From an uncultured archaeon (GTDB lineage: Archaea; Iainarchaeota; Iainarchaeia; Iainarchaeales; 0-14-0-20-30-16): DNA of 8,957 nucleotides. The position numbers and the translations under genes are program-made. Under the pieces are notes generated by a model. It was not told the DNA's origin, ran no database searches, and saw only the letters and a program-made list of their open reading frames with translations. The DNA lies in contig CAZMCX010000014.1 in the NCBI GenBank assembly GCA_964565125.1, forward strand, positions 1 through 8,957, given 5' to 3'. This document shows positions 1-6,090 of the stretch, piece after piece. Positions within the stretch are counted from its first letter, which is position 1, and every line of letters starts with the position of its first letter.

Positions 1-114
1 ATGGAAAATAATTTGAACATTTTGCCAGTTTTTAGCAGTAAGGATAAGCAGATAAGTGGGGTTCTTAAAAGAATAGATATTGCAAGTGTAATTAGATTGG
101 GTAGAATATCTTAA
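1..114 (+). CDS. 3' end of a gene entering from upstream of the window; CBS-domain-like C-terminal tail (partial)
   Basis: Frame +1 is open from base 1 to the TAA at 112-114 (MENNLNILPVFSSKDKQISGVLKRIDIASVIRLGRIS*). LPVFSSKDKQISGVLKRIDI fits the hPVh-x(5-6)-h-x-G-h-h-x-x-x-D-h ending of CBS domains. The ATG at base 1 is probably coincidental. A T6 run follows at 134-139. Confidence 0.35.
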   Translation: MENNLNILPVFSSKDKQISGVLKRIDIASVIRLGRIS

Positions 115-133
115 GATTTATAGGGCAAAACCA

Positions 134-139
134 TTTTTT
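134..139 (+). terminator. Oligo-T archaeal-type terminator after the left-edge gene
   Basis: TTTTTT lies 20 nt after the TAA at 112-114. It is preceded by a GC-clamped GGGCAAAACC element at 123-132, which resembles the element at 6041-6052. Confidence 0.35.
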
Positions 140-145
140 ATTGTT

Positions 146-210
146 ATATAGGCTATAGCTTTATATATATAAATAAAGTTATTTTACTTGTTTGACTTAT
201 ATAATTAAGG
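146..210 (+). promoter_or_regulatory. Promoter region of the surface-protein gene (several TATA-like boxes; exact TSS unresolved)
   Basis: TATATAGGCTATAGCTTTATATATATAAATAAAG (about 145-178) and TTATATAA (198-205) lie upstream of ATG 236. A GAGGG SD-like element is at 225-229, 6 nt before the ATG. The 8-bp palindrome GCTATAGC is at 152-159. Confidence 0.35.
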
Positions 211-235
211 ACTTTGGAGTTAATGAGGGATATAT

Positions 236-2794
236 ATGAAGAAATTACTTTTGTTGTTGTTTTGTTTGATTTTTATTGCTGGTATTGGGTTTTCTGAAGT
301 AATTAATTTATCAGGAGATATTACTACTGCTAAGGAATTGAAAACTGGAAATACCTATCGGATAATTGATGATATTAATGTATCTGGCAAAGGTTATTTT
401 CATTTTGGGCCGTCAGAAAGTGCAGTAACAGTTCAATGTAATGAAGGAAAGAAAATTATTGTGGATGGTGCTACCACAGATCAGTTATTTCTTTTACTTG
501 GGCAGAGATTTACATTACAAAATTGCCCAATTAGATATATTGGTGGAACTGACACAAATGCAGTGTATCTTGATACCACTGGTACAACAGAAATAAATAC
601 TGTTACTTTTAGTGGTTTTGACAAAGTAATTAATATTATTCAAAGTGGCGTATTGACTATTTCAAATATAACTTTGGCTGGGAATATAAAAAATTTTTTG
701 TATTCGGAAACAGCTAATGCAATAAATGGAAATATAAACATAAAAGGTTTAACTGGAAATTCTTCGGGGTCTGTGTATTTTGATGGTCCTGTTGTTGGCC
801 TTGATTCTGGAATTAATTTAATTATTTCGGAACTTTCTGAGGGTGGACTAATTTTAATGACGGGTGTGACAAAAAAATGTAATCTTTCTATATCTAACTC
901 TGAATTTTCGGGCATAATGATTAGTGACTCTAATATTCCAAGCTTTGAGCTTGATGATGTGGAGATAGAAAGTATGGCTCTGAATATCACAAATAGCGAT
1001 AACATCTCAAATATAAGTAATTCTAAGTTTGGAGTAAACAAAAATAGTTTGAGCAATGGGCGAGTTATACTATCTGGGGCAACAGCTGTATTTAAATTAA
1101 ATTTGTCAGATAATGTGTTTGCAAATGCAGATTCTGGACTAAAAATGTCTGAGTCTGACTTAAATCTTGTTGCTGTAGGGAATGAATTTAAAAATGTTGA
1201 TACCGCATATTATTTGCATCCGGGTAAAATAAATGGGCTAAGTATTTCGGGAGGAACAATGACTGGAGTTGATACTGCAATAGATGCTCAGAATATTTTT
1301 GGGGCTGTGTCTATATCAGCTCTTGATCCTGGAAGTTATTCTGATATGTATTTTGATAATGTTAACGAAAAAGTAGATCTGTCTGGAACATTTGCTTCAG
1401 GAAAATATCCAAGATTTAGTAATTGTAGTGTAACAGGGCCCAAACCAATAAAGCTAGGAAATTTTAATTTTACAATAGATGATTACGGTTCTTTTTTTGA
1501 TGATTTTTTAGATGCTTCTTGTGTTCCTCAATTTGTAGTTGATTCTGGGTTATCTAATCTTATAAACAACAGTCCTTTTTGGATGTTTAATTCAGATTAT
1601 AGTAATTATTATCCAAATAAAATAATAATTGATGATGATGTTAGTAATGATGAGTTTGGGATTATAATGTCATACAAAGCGCCAATCTTTATTGGCGGGA
1701 AAACAGTTGGTGGTATATACCTTGTTGGGCCTTATGAAAGTGCGGGAATTAGTACAAATGAAATAAAATATTTGAAACTAGTAGGGGACATTAATACTCT
1801 TATTGCAAATAATAAAATAAGCACAGATGGTATTGATTGTAGTGGTTTATCTAAAACTAGTAAGTCAATATTTAATTATGACCCCGCTAACTTTAAAAAT
1901 GATAAAGCAATAACTGGAAAAGATGGTTTGGGCGGAAATTACTGGTATGGATTTTCGGATTCTGCAACTGAATGTAAAAACGAAAACGGTGATTGGTTCT
2001 GTGATGCAAAATATTCATTTGAATGTAATGGCGAAACCTATGAAGATTTATATCCTTTGACTTTATTTACAAAAACAGTAATTAAGGATCCGGATAAAAC
2101 TCCTGGTAGTGATCCAGGTAATAAGTTTTGTACAAAGAATTCTGATTGTTTGGGAACGGAATCTTGTATTAGTGGAAAGTGTGCTGACCTGAATTGTAAA
2201 ACTGGGCAGGTAATATCTAACTATGCCTGTGTGGATTGTTTAGTAGATTCTCAATGTCCTGTGGATTCGAAATGTACCTTGAACAAGTGTGAAAAGATTG
2301 CTTGTAAGGTAGATGAGAAAGTAGAAGGCCATAAATGTGTAAAGCTTGTTGGTAATGCAGGCTTAGTGAATGGAACTGGAAATAAAGATTTAAATGTAGA
2401 TGCTGATGTTAATAAAGACATAGATGTTGATGTTAATAAAGACATAGATGCTGATGTTAATGCTCCGGGCACGCCTGAAGAACCTGGATTTTTCCAAAAG
2501 CTTTTGAATTGGGCAAAAGATAATAAGCTTATTTTGGGGATAGTTGGCGGAATAGTAGTCCTGCTGATCATAATTTTAATAGTAGTTCTTGTTGTGCTAC
2601 ATAACAAGAAAAAGAAGGCTTTGCTTGGCGAAGAACCCAAAGAAGAGCCAGTAGAGGCGGAACCAGAAGAAACAGAATCAAAAGATCCCAAAAAAGAAGA
2701 GGAAGAACCAAAAGAAGAAGATAAAGACAAAAGTTCTGGAGACGAAGATAGCGGGGATAGCGAGAATTTGGATACTTCTGGATGGAGTAAATAA
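236..2794 (+). CDS. Large secreted, C-terminally membrane-anchored surface protein (parallel beta-helix-like repeats, cysteine-rich modules, acidic cytoplasmic tail); putative adhesin or S-layer-associated glycoprotein
   Basis: Uninterrupted 852-codon ORF in about 30% GC DNA. It has an N-terminal signal peptide (MKKLLLLLFCLIFIAGIGFS). Beta-helix-type turns recur: ISNITLAGN, LSISNSEFSG, LNITNSDNISNISNSKFG, LNLSDNVFAN, VAVGNEFKN, LSISGGTMTG. There are many N-x-S/T sequons, two six-Cys modules and a DVNKDI tandem repeat. A single C-terminal TM helix (LILGIVGGIVVLLIIILIVVLVVL, nt 2528-2599) is followed by a KKKK stop-transfer signal and an E/K/D/P-rich tail of about 64 aa. Confidence 0.9.
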   Translation: MKKLLLLLFCLIFIAGIGFSEVINLSGDITTAKELKTGNTYRIIDDINVSGKGYFHFGPSESAVTVQCNEGKKIIVDGATTDQLFLLLGQRFTLQNCPIRYIGGTDTNAVYLDTTGTTEINTVTFSGFDKVINIIQSGVLTISNITLAGNIKNFLYSETANAINGNINIKGLTGNSSGSVYFDGPVVGLDSGINLIISELSEGGLILMTGVTKKCNLSISNSEFSGIMISDSNIPSFELDDVEIESMALNITNSDNISNISNSKFGVNKNSLSNGRVILSGATAVFKLNLSDNVFANADSGLKMSESDLNLVAVGNEFKNVDTAYYLHPGKINGLSISGGTMTGVDTAIDAQNIFGAVSISALDPGSYSDMYFDNVNEKVDLSGTFASGKYPRFSNCSVTGPKPIKLGNFNFTIDDYGSFFDDFLDASCVPQFVVDSGLSNLINNSPFWMFNSDYSNYYPNKIIIDDDVSNDEFGIIMSYKAPIFIGGKTVGGIYLVGPYESAGISTNEIKYLKLVGDINTLIANNKISTDGIDCSGLSKTSKSIFNYDPANFKNDKAITGKDGLGGNYWYGFSDSATECKNENGDWFCDAKYSFECNGETYEDLYPLTLFTKTVIKDPDKTPGSDPGNKFCTKNSDCLGTESCISGKCADLNCKTGQVISNYACVDCLVDSQCPVDSKCTLNKCEKIACKVDEKVEGHKCVKLVGNAGLVNGTGNKDLNVDADVNKDIDVDVNKDIDADVNAPGTPEEPGFFQKLLNWAKDNKLILGIVGGIVVLLIIILIVVLVVLHNKKKKALLGEEPKEEPVEAEPEETESKDPKKEEEEPKEEDKDKSSGDEDSGDSENLDTSGWSK
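2129..2338 (+). other. Two tandem six-cysteine modules inside the surface protein (C-x5-C-x5-C-x4-C-x4-C-x10-C, twice)
   Basis: The first module is C(TKNSD)C(LGTES)C(ISGK)C-ADLN-C(KTGQVISNYA)C. After VD, the second is C(LVDSQ)C(PVDSK)C(TLNK)C-EKIA-C(KVDEKVEGHK)C. Cys spacing is identical in both copies (codons 632-701). Confidence 0.7.
2381..2464 (+). repeat. In-frame 24-nt tandem repeat, about 3.5 copies, encoding (D/N)VNKD(I/L)(D/N)(V/A)D
   Basis: The units are aataaagatttaaatgtagatgct (2381-2404), gatgttaataaagacatagatgtt (2405-2428), gatgttaataaagacatagatgct (2429-2452) and gatgttaatgct (2453-2464). The two central units differ at one base. Confidence 0.85.
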
Positions 2795-2903
2795 TGGCGA
2801 GTAGGAAAAAGGGCCTGTCAAGTTAGACTTTTGGTAAATAATTAAGACAAAACCCACCTTATATTGGGGCATAGATGAATTTGGCCCTACATTCTGGATA
2901 AGC

Positions 2904-2911
2904 TTTAAAAA
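2904..2911 (+). promoter_or_regulatory. TATA box of the 5S rRNA gene
   Basis: TTTAAAAA is centred about 26-27 nt upstream of the inferred 5S 5' end (about 2934), which is the canonical archaeal TATA-to-TSS spacing. Confidence 0.45.
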
Positions 2912-2933
2912 GGTTACTCCTACATATATTATC

Positions 2934-3049
2934 TGTAAACGGCCATAGCGATAGGGAAACACCCGGTCCCATTCCGAACCCGGAAGTTAAGCCTGTCAGC
3001 GGCAGTACGTACTGCGTAGACGCGCGGGAACAGTTGCACGCTGTTTACA
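2934..3049 (+). rRNA. rrf: 5S ribosomal RNA (stand-alone gene; ends +/- a few nt)
   Basis: It contains the universally conserved 5S core CCATAGCG...ACACCCGGTCCCATTCCGAACCCGGAAGTTAAGCC...GTACTG...GGGAAC. Terminal helix I is formed by GTAAACGGC (2935-2943) pairing with GCTGTTTAC (3040-3048), with one G-U pair. Helix II is GATAGG/CCTGTC. The region is GC-rich relative to its flanks, and a T5 run follows immediately. Confidence 0.92.
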
Positions 3050-3051
3050 TC

Positions 3052-3059
3052 TTATTTTT
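3052..3059 (+). terminator. Oligo-T terminator of the 5S gene
   Basis: TTATTTTT starts 3 nt after the 5S 3' end. The same A/T tract (TTTTTAAAT, 3055-3063) could serve as the TATA box for the next ORF. Confidence 0.4.
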
Positions 3060-3100
3060 AAATGACATGATTTGTATTAGTTAATTTTACAGTGGTGTTT

Positions 3101-3568
3101 ATGCCTAGGCCTCTTGAGAGAAGACCAATTGAACAGAGAAGAACATTAGAAAGAAGAAAAACTGTCTCTCGTGAAGCTCTTGAGCATGAATTGGCTAAAC
3201 GCCGAAGTTTTGAAGAACAGCATCGTGATTTCCGAGCCGAAATCCCAGTTCAAAGGCAACGAGAGGTATATGACGCAGTTAGACGCCAAGGTGTTGAACT
3301 TGCTATTCGGCGGGGTTTGGCAACCCCTAATGAGCTTCTTGCTATAAGAGTTCCTTCTATTGCAGTGAATGCTGCAGTTAATAGAATTTTAAAGCGGAAT
3401 AGAGGTATTAGAAAATATGTTTCGGAAGGCCATAGCTTAGAAAAGGTAATAGATCTTGGCTATTATCCTAAAGATCTTATTTTTGCTGGATACTCTGAGC
3501 GTGAAGTTCAAATTGCATATGCCCGAACAATAGCAAGAAGAAGACTACGAAAACAAGAAAGGAGATAA
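3101..3568 (+). CDS. Hypothetical, extremely arginine-rich, highly basic small protein (about 155 aa); possible nucleic-acid-binding protein
   Basis: The ORF is 158 codons from GTG 3092. I prefer ATG 3101 because GGTG (3094-3097) sits 3 nt upstream, like the SD used by dph5 and rpl21e. By my count of the 158-aa version there are 31 R against 7 K, and 21 D+E, giving a net charge of about +17. Arg clusters occur at both termini (RPLERRPIEQRRTLERRK..., ...ARRRLRKQERR). I recognise no family. Confidence 0.7.
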   Translation: MPRPLERRPIEQRRTLERRKTVSREALEHELAKRRSFEEQHRDFRAEIPVQRQREVYDAVRRQGVELAIRRGLATPNELLAIRVPSIAVNAAVNRILKRNRGIRKYVSEGHSLEKVIDLGYYPKDLIFAGYSEREVQIAYARTIARRRLRKQERR

Positions 3569-3613
3569 ACTGCAAACTTTAGAAGATCGAATAATTTAAA
3601 TTAAATTTTTTAA

Positions 3614-4357
3614 TTATAACTTTTCTAAGAACTCCTTCTCTAATTCATGAAGCTTTCCAGGGATTATTAAGCAGCAAATAGCGTCTTTGGGGTATTTGGT
3701 TTTAGCAATCTTTTCTAGATCTTTGTACTCTACTATTTGGCTCTTTCCCATTGCATTGCAGATTACTATTGCCTTGCCTAGCTTAATCTCCCTTTCTTTA
3801 GTGATCTCTAGAAGGATATTTGCTGCTTCGTTAGGAGACATATAATACCTATGTTCTTTTTTGATATCTAAGAGAAAGATTGTATGTAGCCCAAGTTCTT
3901 GGTTCTTTAAAAAATAGTCAAAAAAGCTCTTTGGAGAATAGTTCTTTTCTGGTTTTACTATGCTAATAGTTCTTCCAAACTTGTATTCCTGTAAACCCGT
4001 AAGCATTGGAATTACTGAGAAGATACTTATTCCGGGAATTAATTTTACTTTGATTTTTCTGTTCTTGGCAGTTTGGATTATTTCTGAGTGGGTTGTGGCA
4101 GAAGTAATGTTTCCGTATATACATAATGCAATATTTTTTGACTTTGCATGAGTAAGGAAAGGCTTTATTTCTTCTACTTCCTCTCTTGAAAGGGGAATTA
4201 CCTTCTTTCCTATGATTTTTTCAAGGTTTTTTGCAGAACCTGCAGAATATTTGCTAGTATAATCCTCTAGATACACACTTTTACAGCCTTTTAAGGCTTC
4301 TAAAGCCTCTAAAGTAAGTTCCTTTGGGTTTAGGCCCAATCCAATCAAATATAACAT
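3614..4357 (-). CDS. dph5: Diphthine synthase (diphthamide biosynthesis methyltransferase, tetrapyrrole-methylase fold)
   Basis: The N-terminus MLYLIGLGL, together with SATTH, GLHTIFLLDIK, YMSPNEA and IIPGKLH, matches the conserved blocks of archaeal Dph5/DphB as I recall them (for example MVLYFIGLGL, VATTH, GLHTLLFLDIK, YMTANEA, IVPGKLH). The SD AGGTGA (4362-4367 on the minus strand) lies 4 nt upstream of the ATG. Confidence 0.9.
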   Translation of the reverse strand: MLYLIGLGLNPKELTLEALEALKGCKSVYLEDYTSKYSAGSAKNLEKIIGKKVIPLSREEVEEIKPFLTHAKSKNIALCIYGNITSATTHSEIIQTAKNRKIKVKLIPGISIFSVIPMLTGLQEYKFGRTISIVKPEKNYSPKSFFDYFLKNQELGLHTIFLLDIKKEHRYYMSPNEAANILLEITKEREIKLGKAIVICNAMGKSQIVEYKDLEKIAKTKYPKDAICCLIIPGKLHELEKEFLEKL

Positions 4358-4377
4358 ATTTTCACCTTAAAATCTGA

Positions 4378-5202
4378 TCACAAGTTTAGCCCAATACTGA
4401 ACAAATCTCTTATTCCAGTTGCAAATCCAATTATACTTATTATTATCCTTACAAAATTAAGAATATTTCTGTTTTTTGTATTGATCGATTTTTCTATTAA
4501 AACTATGATAATAAGTGCCAGTAAAACCTTTATTATTGGGAAAGCCCATACCCCTATATTAAGAATAACCCAATTGCTTAAGACGTGCTTTTCTCCAAAC
4601 CCAAAGAATGCAATTGCAAAATAAGTTGCAAGGCCATCAAAAGCCTGGCTTGTGAGTAGGGCAATGTTTAACTTTTCTTTAATCCATTCTGGCTTGATTT
4701 TATAGATTATAAAAGTGATAATCACAGAGACAATGATTATTGCTAATAAAGTGATAAAGAAGTGGCTTGGTTCTGTTAGTAGCAGAAGATATGCTAATAG
4801 AATAGTTCCGGCTATTGTATATCCAATTGCTTTGAAGTAAAATAATGCTCTTTCTTTTCCAAAAACCCAGCAGAGGTGTAGTATAAGGAATGTTCCCAAG
4901 AACATAACTATGTAAATTCCCGGAGTAACAAACCAGAATCCCCAAGATAAAGGGTCTATGGATGTTGAAACTAATTTTATTGCGGAATAAGGCTCTTCTG
5001 CAACTCTGAGTAAAGCCCCTATTAAGATATAGGGAAAGATTGAAACAAGCATGTCGAAGTTTAACCAACCTCTTTTTTTGAAATAAGGATAAAGAACTCC
5101 AAAGCAAAAGAGTAATAGAAACCCGATGTAGGTTATTGTGCTTATAAGAGTATAAGAATCGCTTATTTGCGGAGCAATGAAATTGTCATAGAAAAAACTC
5201 AT
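4378..5202 (-). CDS. Polytopic membrane protein, DUF63-like (archaeal family of unknown function)
   Basis: 274-aa ORF with about 7-8 hydrophobic helices. The motifs IGALLRVAEEP and FDGLATYFAI..FGFGEKHVLSNW resemble the LRVxED and EKHV blocks I associate with DUF63. Its TGA stop lies 20 nt upstream of the dph5 ATG, with the dph5 SD in the gap, so the two are probably co-transcribed. Confidence 0.75.
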   Translation of the reverse strand: MSFFYDNFIAPQISDSYTLISTITYIGFLLLFCFGVLYPYFKKRGWLNFDMLVSIFPYILIGALLRVAEEPYSAIKLVSTSIDPLSWGFWFVTPGIYIVMFLGTFLILHLCWVFGKERALFYFKAIGYTIAGTILLAYLLLLTEPSHFFITLLAIIIVSVIITFIIYKIKPEWIKEKLNIALLTSQAFDGLATYFAIAFFGFGEKHVLSNWVILNIGVWAFPIIKVLLALIIIVLIEKSINTKNRNILNFVRIIISIIGFATGIRDLFSIGLNL

Positions 5203-5272
5203 ATTGATCCCTAAAGCTAATATTATATACTTGTGGTGTAAATATATATAAGGCTATATAGGGAGCATTTTT
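5203..5272. promoter_or_regulatory. Divergent promoter region (DUF63-dph5 operon leftward, SIMPL gene rightward)
   Basis: This 70-nt A/T-rich gap holds TATA-like boxes on both strands: TAATATTATATAC (about 5219-5231), read on the minus strand, and AAATATATATAAGG (about 5240-5253), read on the plus strand. The plus-strand box is centred about 27 nt before ATG 5273, so the transcript may be leaderless or have a very short leader. The palindrome CTATATAG is at 5254-5261. Confidence 0.4.
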
Positions 5273-6040
5273 ATGGAAGTAGACACAAAGCACTATTATG
5301 TGTTATTTATAGTACTAATAATTCTTGTTGCTTTAATTGGCACAATGTCAATGTGGGCTGATGGTGAGAAGAGTATAAATGTTTACACAAATGCAGATAA
5401 CGACAAAACTTTATCTGTAAGCGGATCTGCAGATAAGAAGGTCATGCCTGATGAGGGTTATGTGAACTTTACAATTGAAACAATAGATCTGCTTGCAAAA
5501 GAAGCACAAAATAAAAATGCTGAAATTTGGGATACTTTAAAGTTGGAATTAGACAAAAAAACTTATTTGAAATACGAAACTTCTAATTACTCTGTATATC
5601 CAGATCAGAAATGGAATAAGAATACTAAAATATACGAATTAGTAGGGTATAAGGTGAAGCATTCAATAATGGTAACTTTATCTGATACTGCAAAGCTTGG
5701 TGAAATAGTAGATCTTCTTGTTGGATTTGGGGTAAACGACATTGACTCTATATCATTTGGTTTAAAGAACGAAACACAAGAAACAATAAAGGATGACCTT
5801 TGGGCAGTAGCATTTAAAGATGCTAAAGATGAGGCAGAAACTGTTGCTAGTGCTGCTGGTGCTAAGTTGACAGATATTCCAAAAAGTATACAGATAAATA
5901 GCTATAACTATTATCCGCAGTATTATACAAAGTTAGCAGGTTATAGTTCAATGATGGATTCTGTAACTGCAGAGACAAATATATCTCCAAAAGAATTGGA
6001 AGTATCAGTTTCTTTGCAAGTAGTATTTAGCTACGAATAA
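5273..6040 (+). CDS. SIMPL/DUF541-domain protein with N-terminal membrane anchor
   Basis: An N-terminal TM helix (YYVLFIVLIILVALIGTMSMWA) is followed by the SIMPL pattern: LSVSGSADKKVMPDEGYVNFTIET...AKEAQNKNAE...TSNYSVYP...VGYKVKHSIMVTLSD..KLGEIVDLLV..GVNDIDSISFGL...DAKDEAETVASAAGAKL. Confidence 0.8.
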   Translation: MEVDTKHYYVLFIVLIILVALIGTMSMWADGEKSINVYTNADNDKTLSVSGSADKKVMPDEGYVNFTIETIDLLAKEAQNKNAEIWDTLKLELDKKTYLKYETSNYSVYPDQKWNKNTKIYELVGYKVKHSIMVTLSDTAKLGEIVDLLVGFGVNDIDSISFGLKNETQETIKDDLWAVAFKDAKDEAETVASAAGAKLTDIPKSIQINSYNYYPQYYTKLAGYSSMMDSVTAETNISPKELEVSVSLQVVFSYE

Positions 6041-6057
6041 GGGGCAAACCCCTTTTT
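6041..6057 (+). terminator. Mini-hairpin plus T-run terminator directly after the SIMPL stop codon
   Basis: GGGG (6041-6044), CAAA loop, CCCC (6049-6052), then TTTTT (6053-6057). Further T-runs follow to about 6080. Confidence 0.55.
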
Positions 6058-6090
6058 ATTCTTTTATCTCTTTTTATTTATTTGATTATT

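Noticed and set aside
236-295. Lipoprotein lipobox in the surface-protein signal peptide (Cys at residue 10)
   Set aside because: The residues before the Cys (LLLLLF-C) do not fit an L-[AS]-[GA]-C lipobox, and the Cys sits in the middle of the hydrophobic core. An ordinary signal peptide is more likely.
640-1056. 138-aa minus-strand ORF inside the surface-protein gene
   Set aside because: It is antisense to a much longer ORF with coherent domain structure. The sequence is low-complexity with no motifs, start context or SD, so it is a shadow ORF.
2251-2730. 159-aa minus-strand ORF, Ser-rich
   Set aside because: It is antisense to the Cys-module, repeat and TM region of the surface protein. 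Its Ser/Thr/Phe low-complexity composition mirrors the sense-strand E/K/D codons, so it is a shadow ORF.
2794-2826. 10-codon mini-ORF (MASRKKGLSS*) whose ATG overlaps the surface-protein stop as TAATG
   Set aside because: It is too short to support, has no SD and shows no assessable conservation. The TAATG overlap here is probably coincidental, unlike the one at 6955-6959, which opens a 386-codon ORF.
2678-2962. 94-aa minus-strand ORF spanning the intergenic region and running into the 5S gene
   Set aside because: It overlaps the 5' end of a confidently identified 5S rRNA and the tail of the surface-protein gene. It has no recognisable motifs and is very likely spurious.
3092-3568. Horizontal transfer or mobile-element origin for the GC-elevated Arg-rich ORF
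   Set aside because: Third-codon positions are still only about 20% G/C by my hand tally, AGA is the preferred Arg codon, and the gene uses the same GGTG SD as its neighbours. There are no flanking repeats, integrase or tRNA target. The GC rise is explained by amino-acid composition.
3060-3570. The GC-elevated stretch after 5S as a structured ncRNA (for example SRP or RNase P RNA) rather than a gene
   Set aside because: An uninterrupted frame of about 155 codons with an SD-ATG start is unlikely by chance. I could not find SRP or RNase P conserved motifs or long-range helices by eye. This is not formally excluded without a covariance-model scan (Rfam/Infernal).
3960-4151. 63-aa plus-strand ORF
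   Set aside because: It is antisense to the well-supported dph5 gene and is a hydrophobic shadow ORF.
4700-5107. 135-aa minus-strand ORF in an alternative frame of the DUF63 gene
   Set aside because: It lies entirely inside the longer same-strand membrane-protein ORF, which has coherent TM helices and family motifs. The alternative frame has none.
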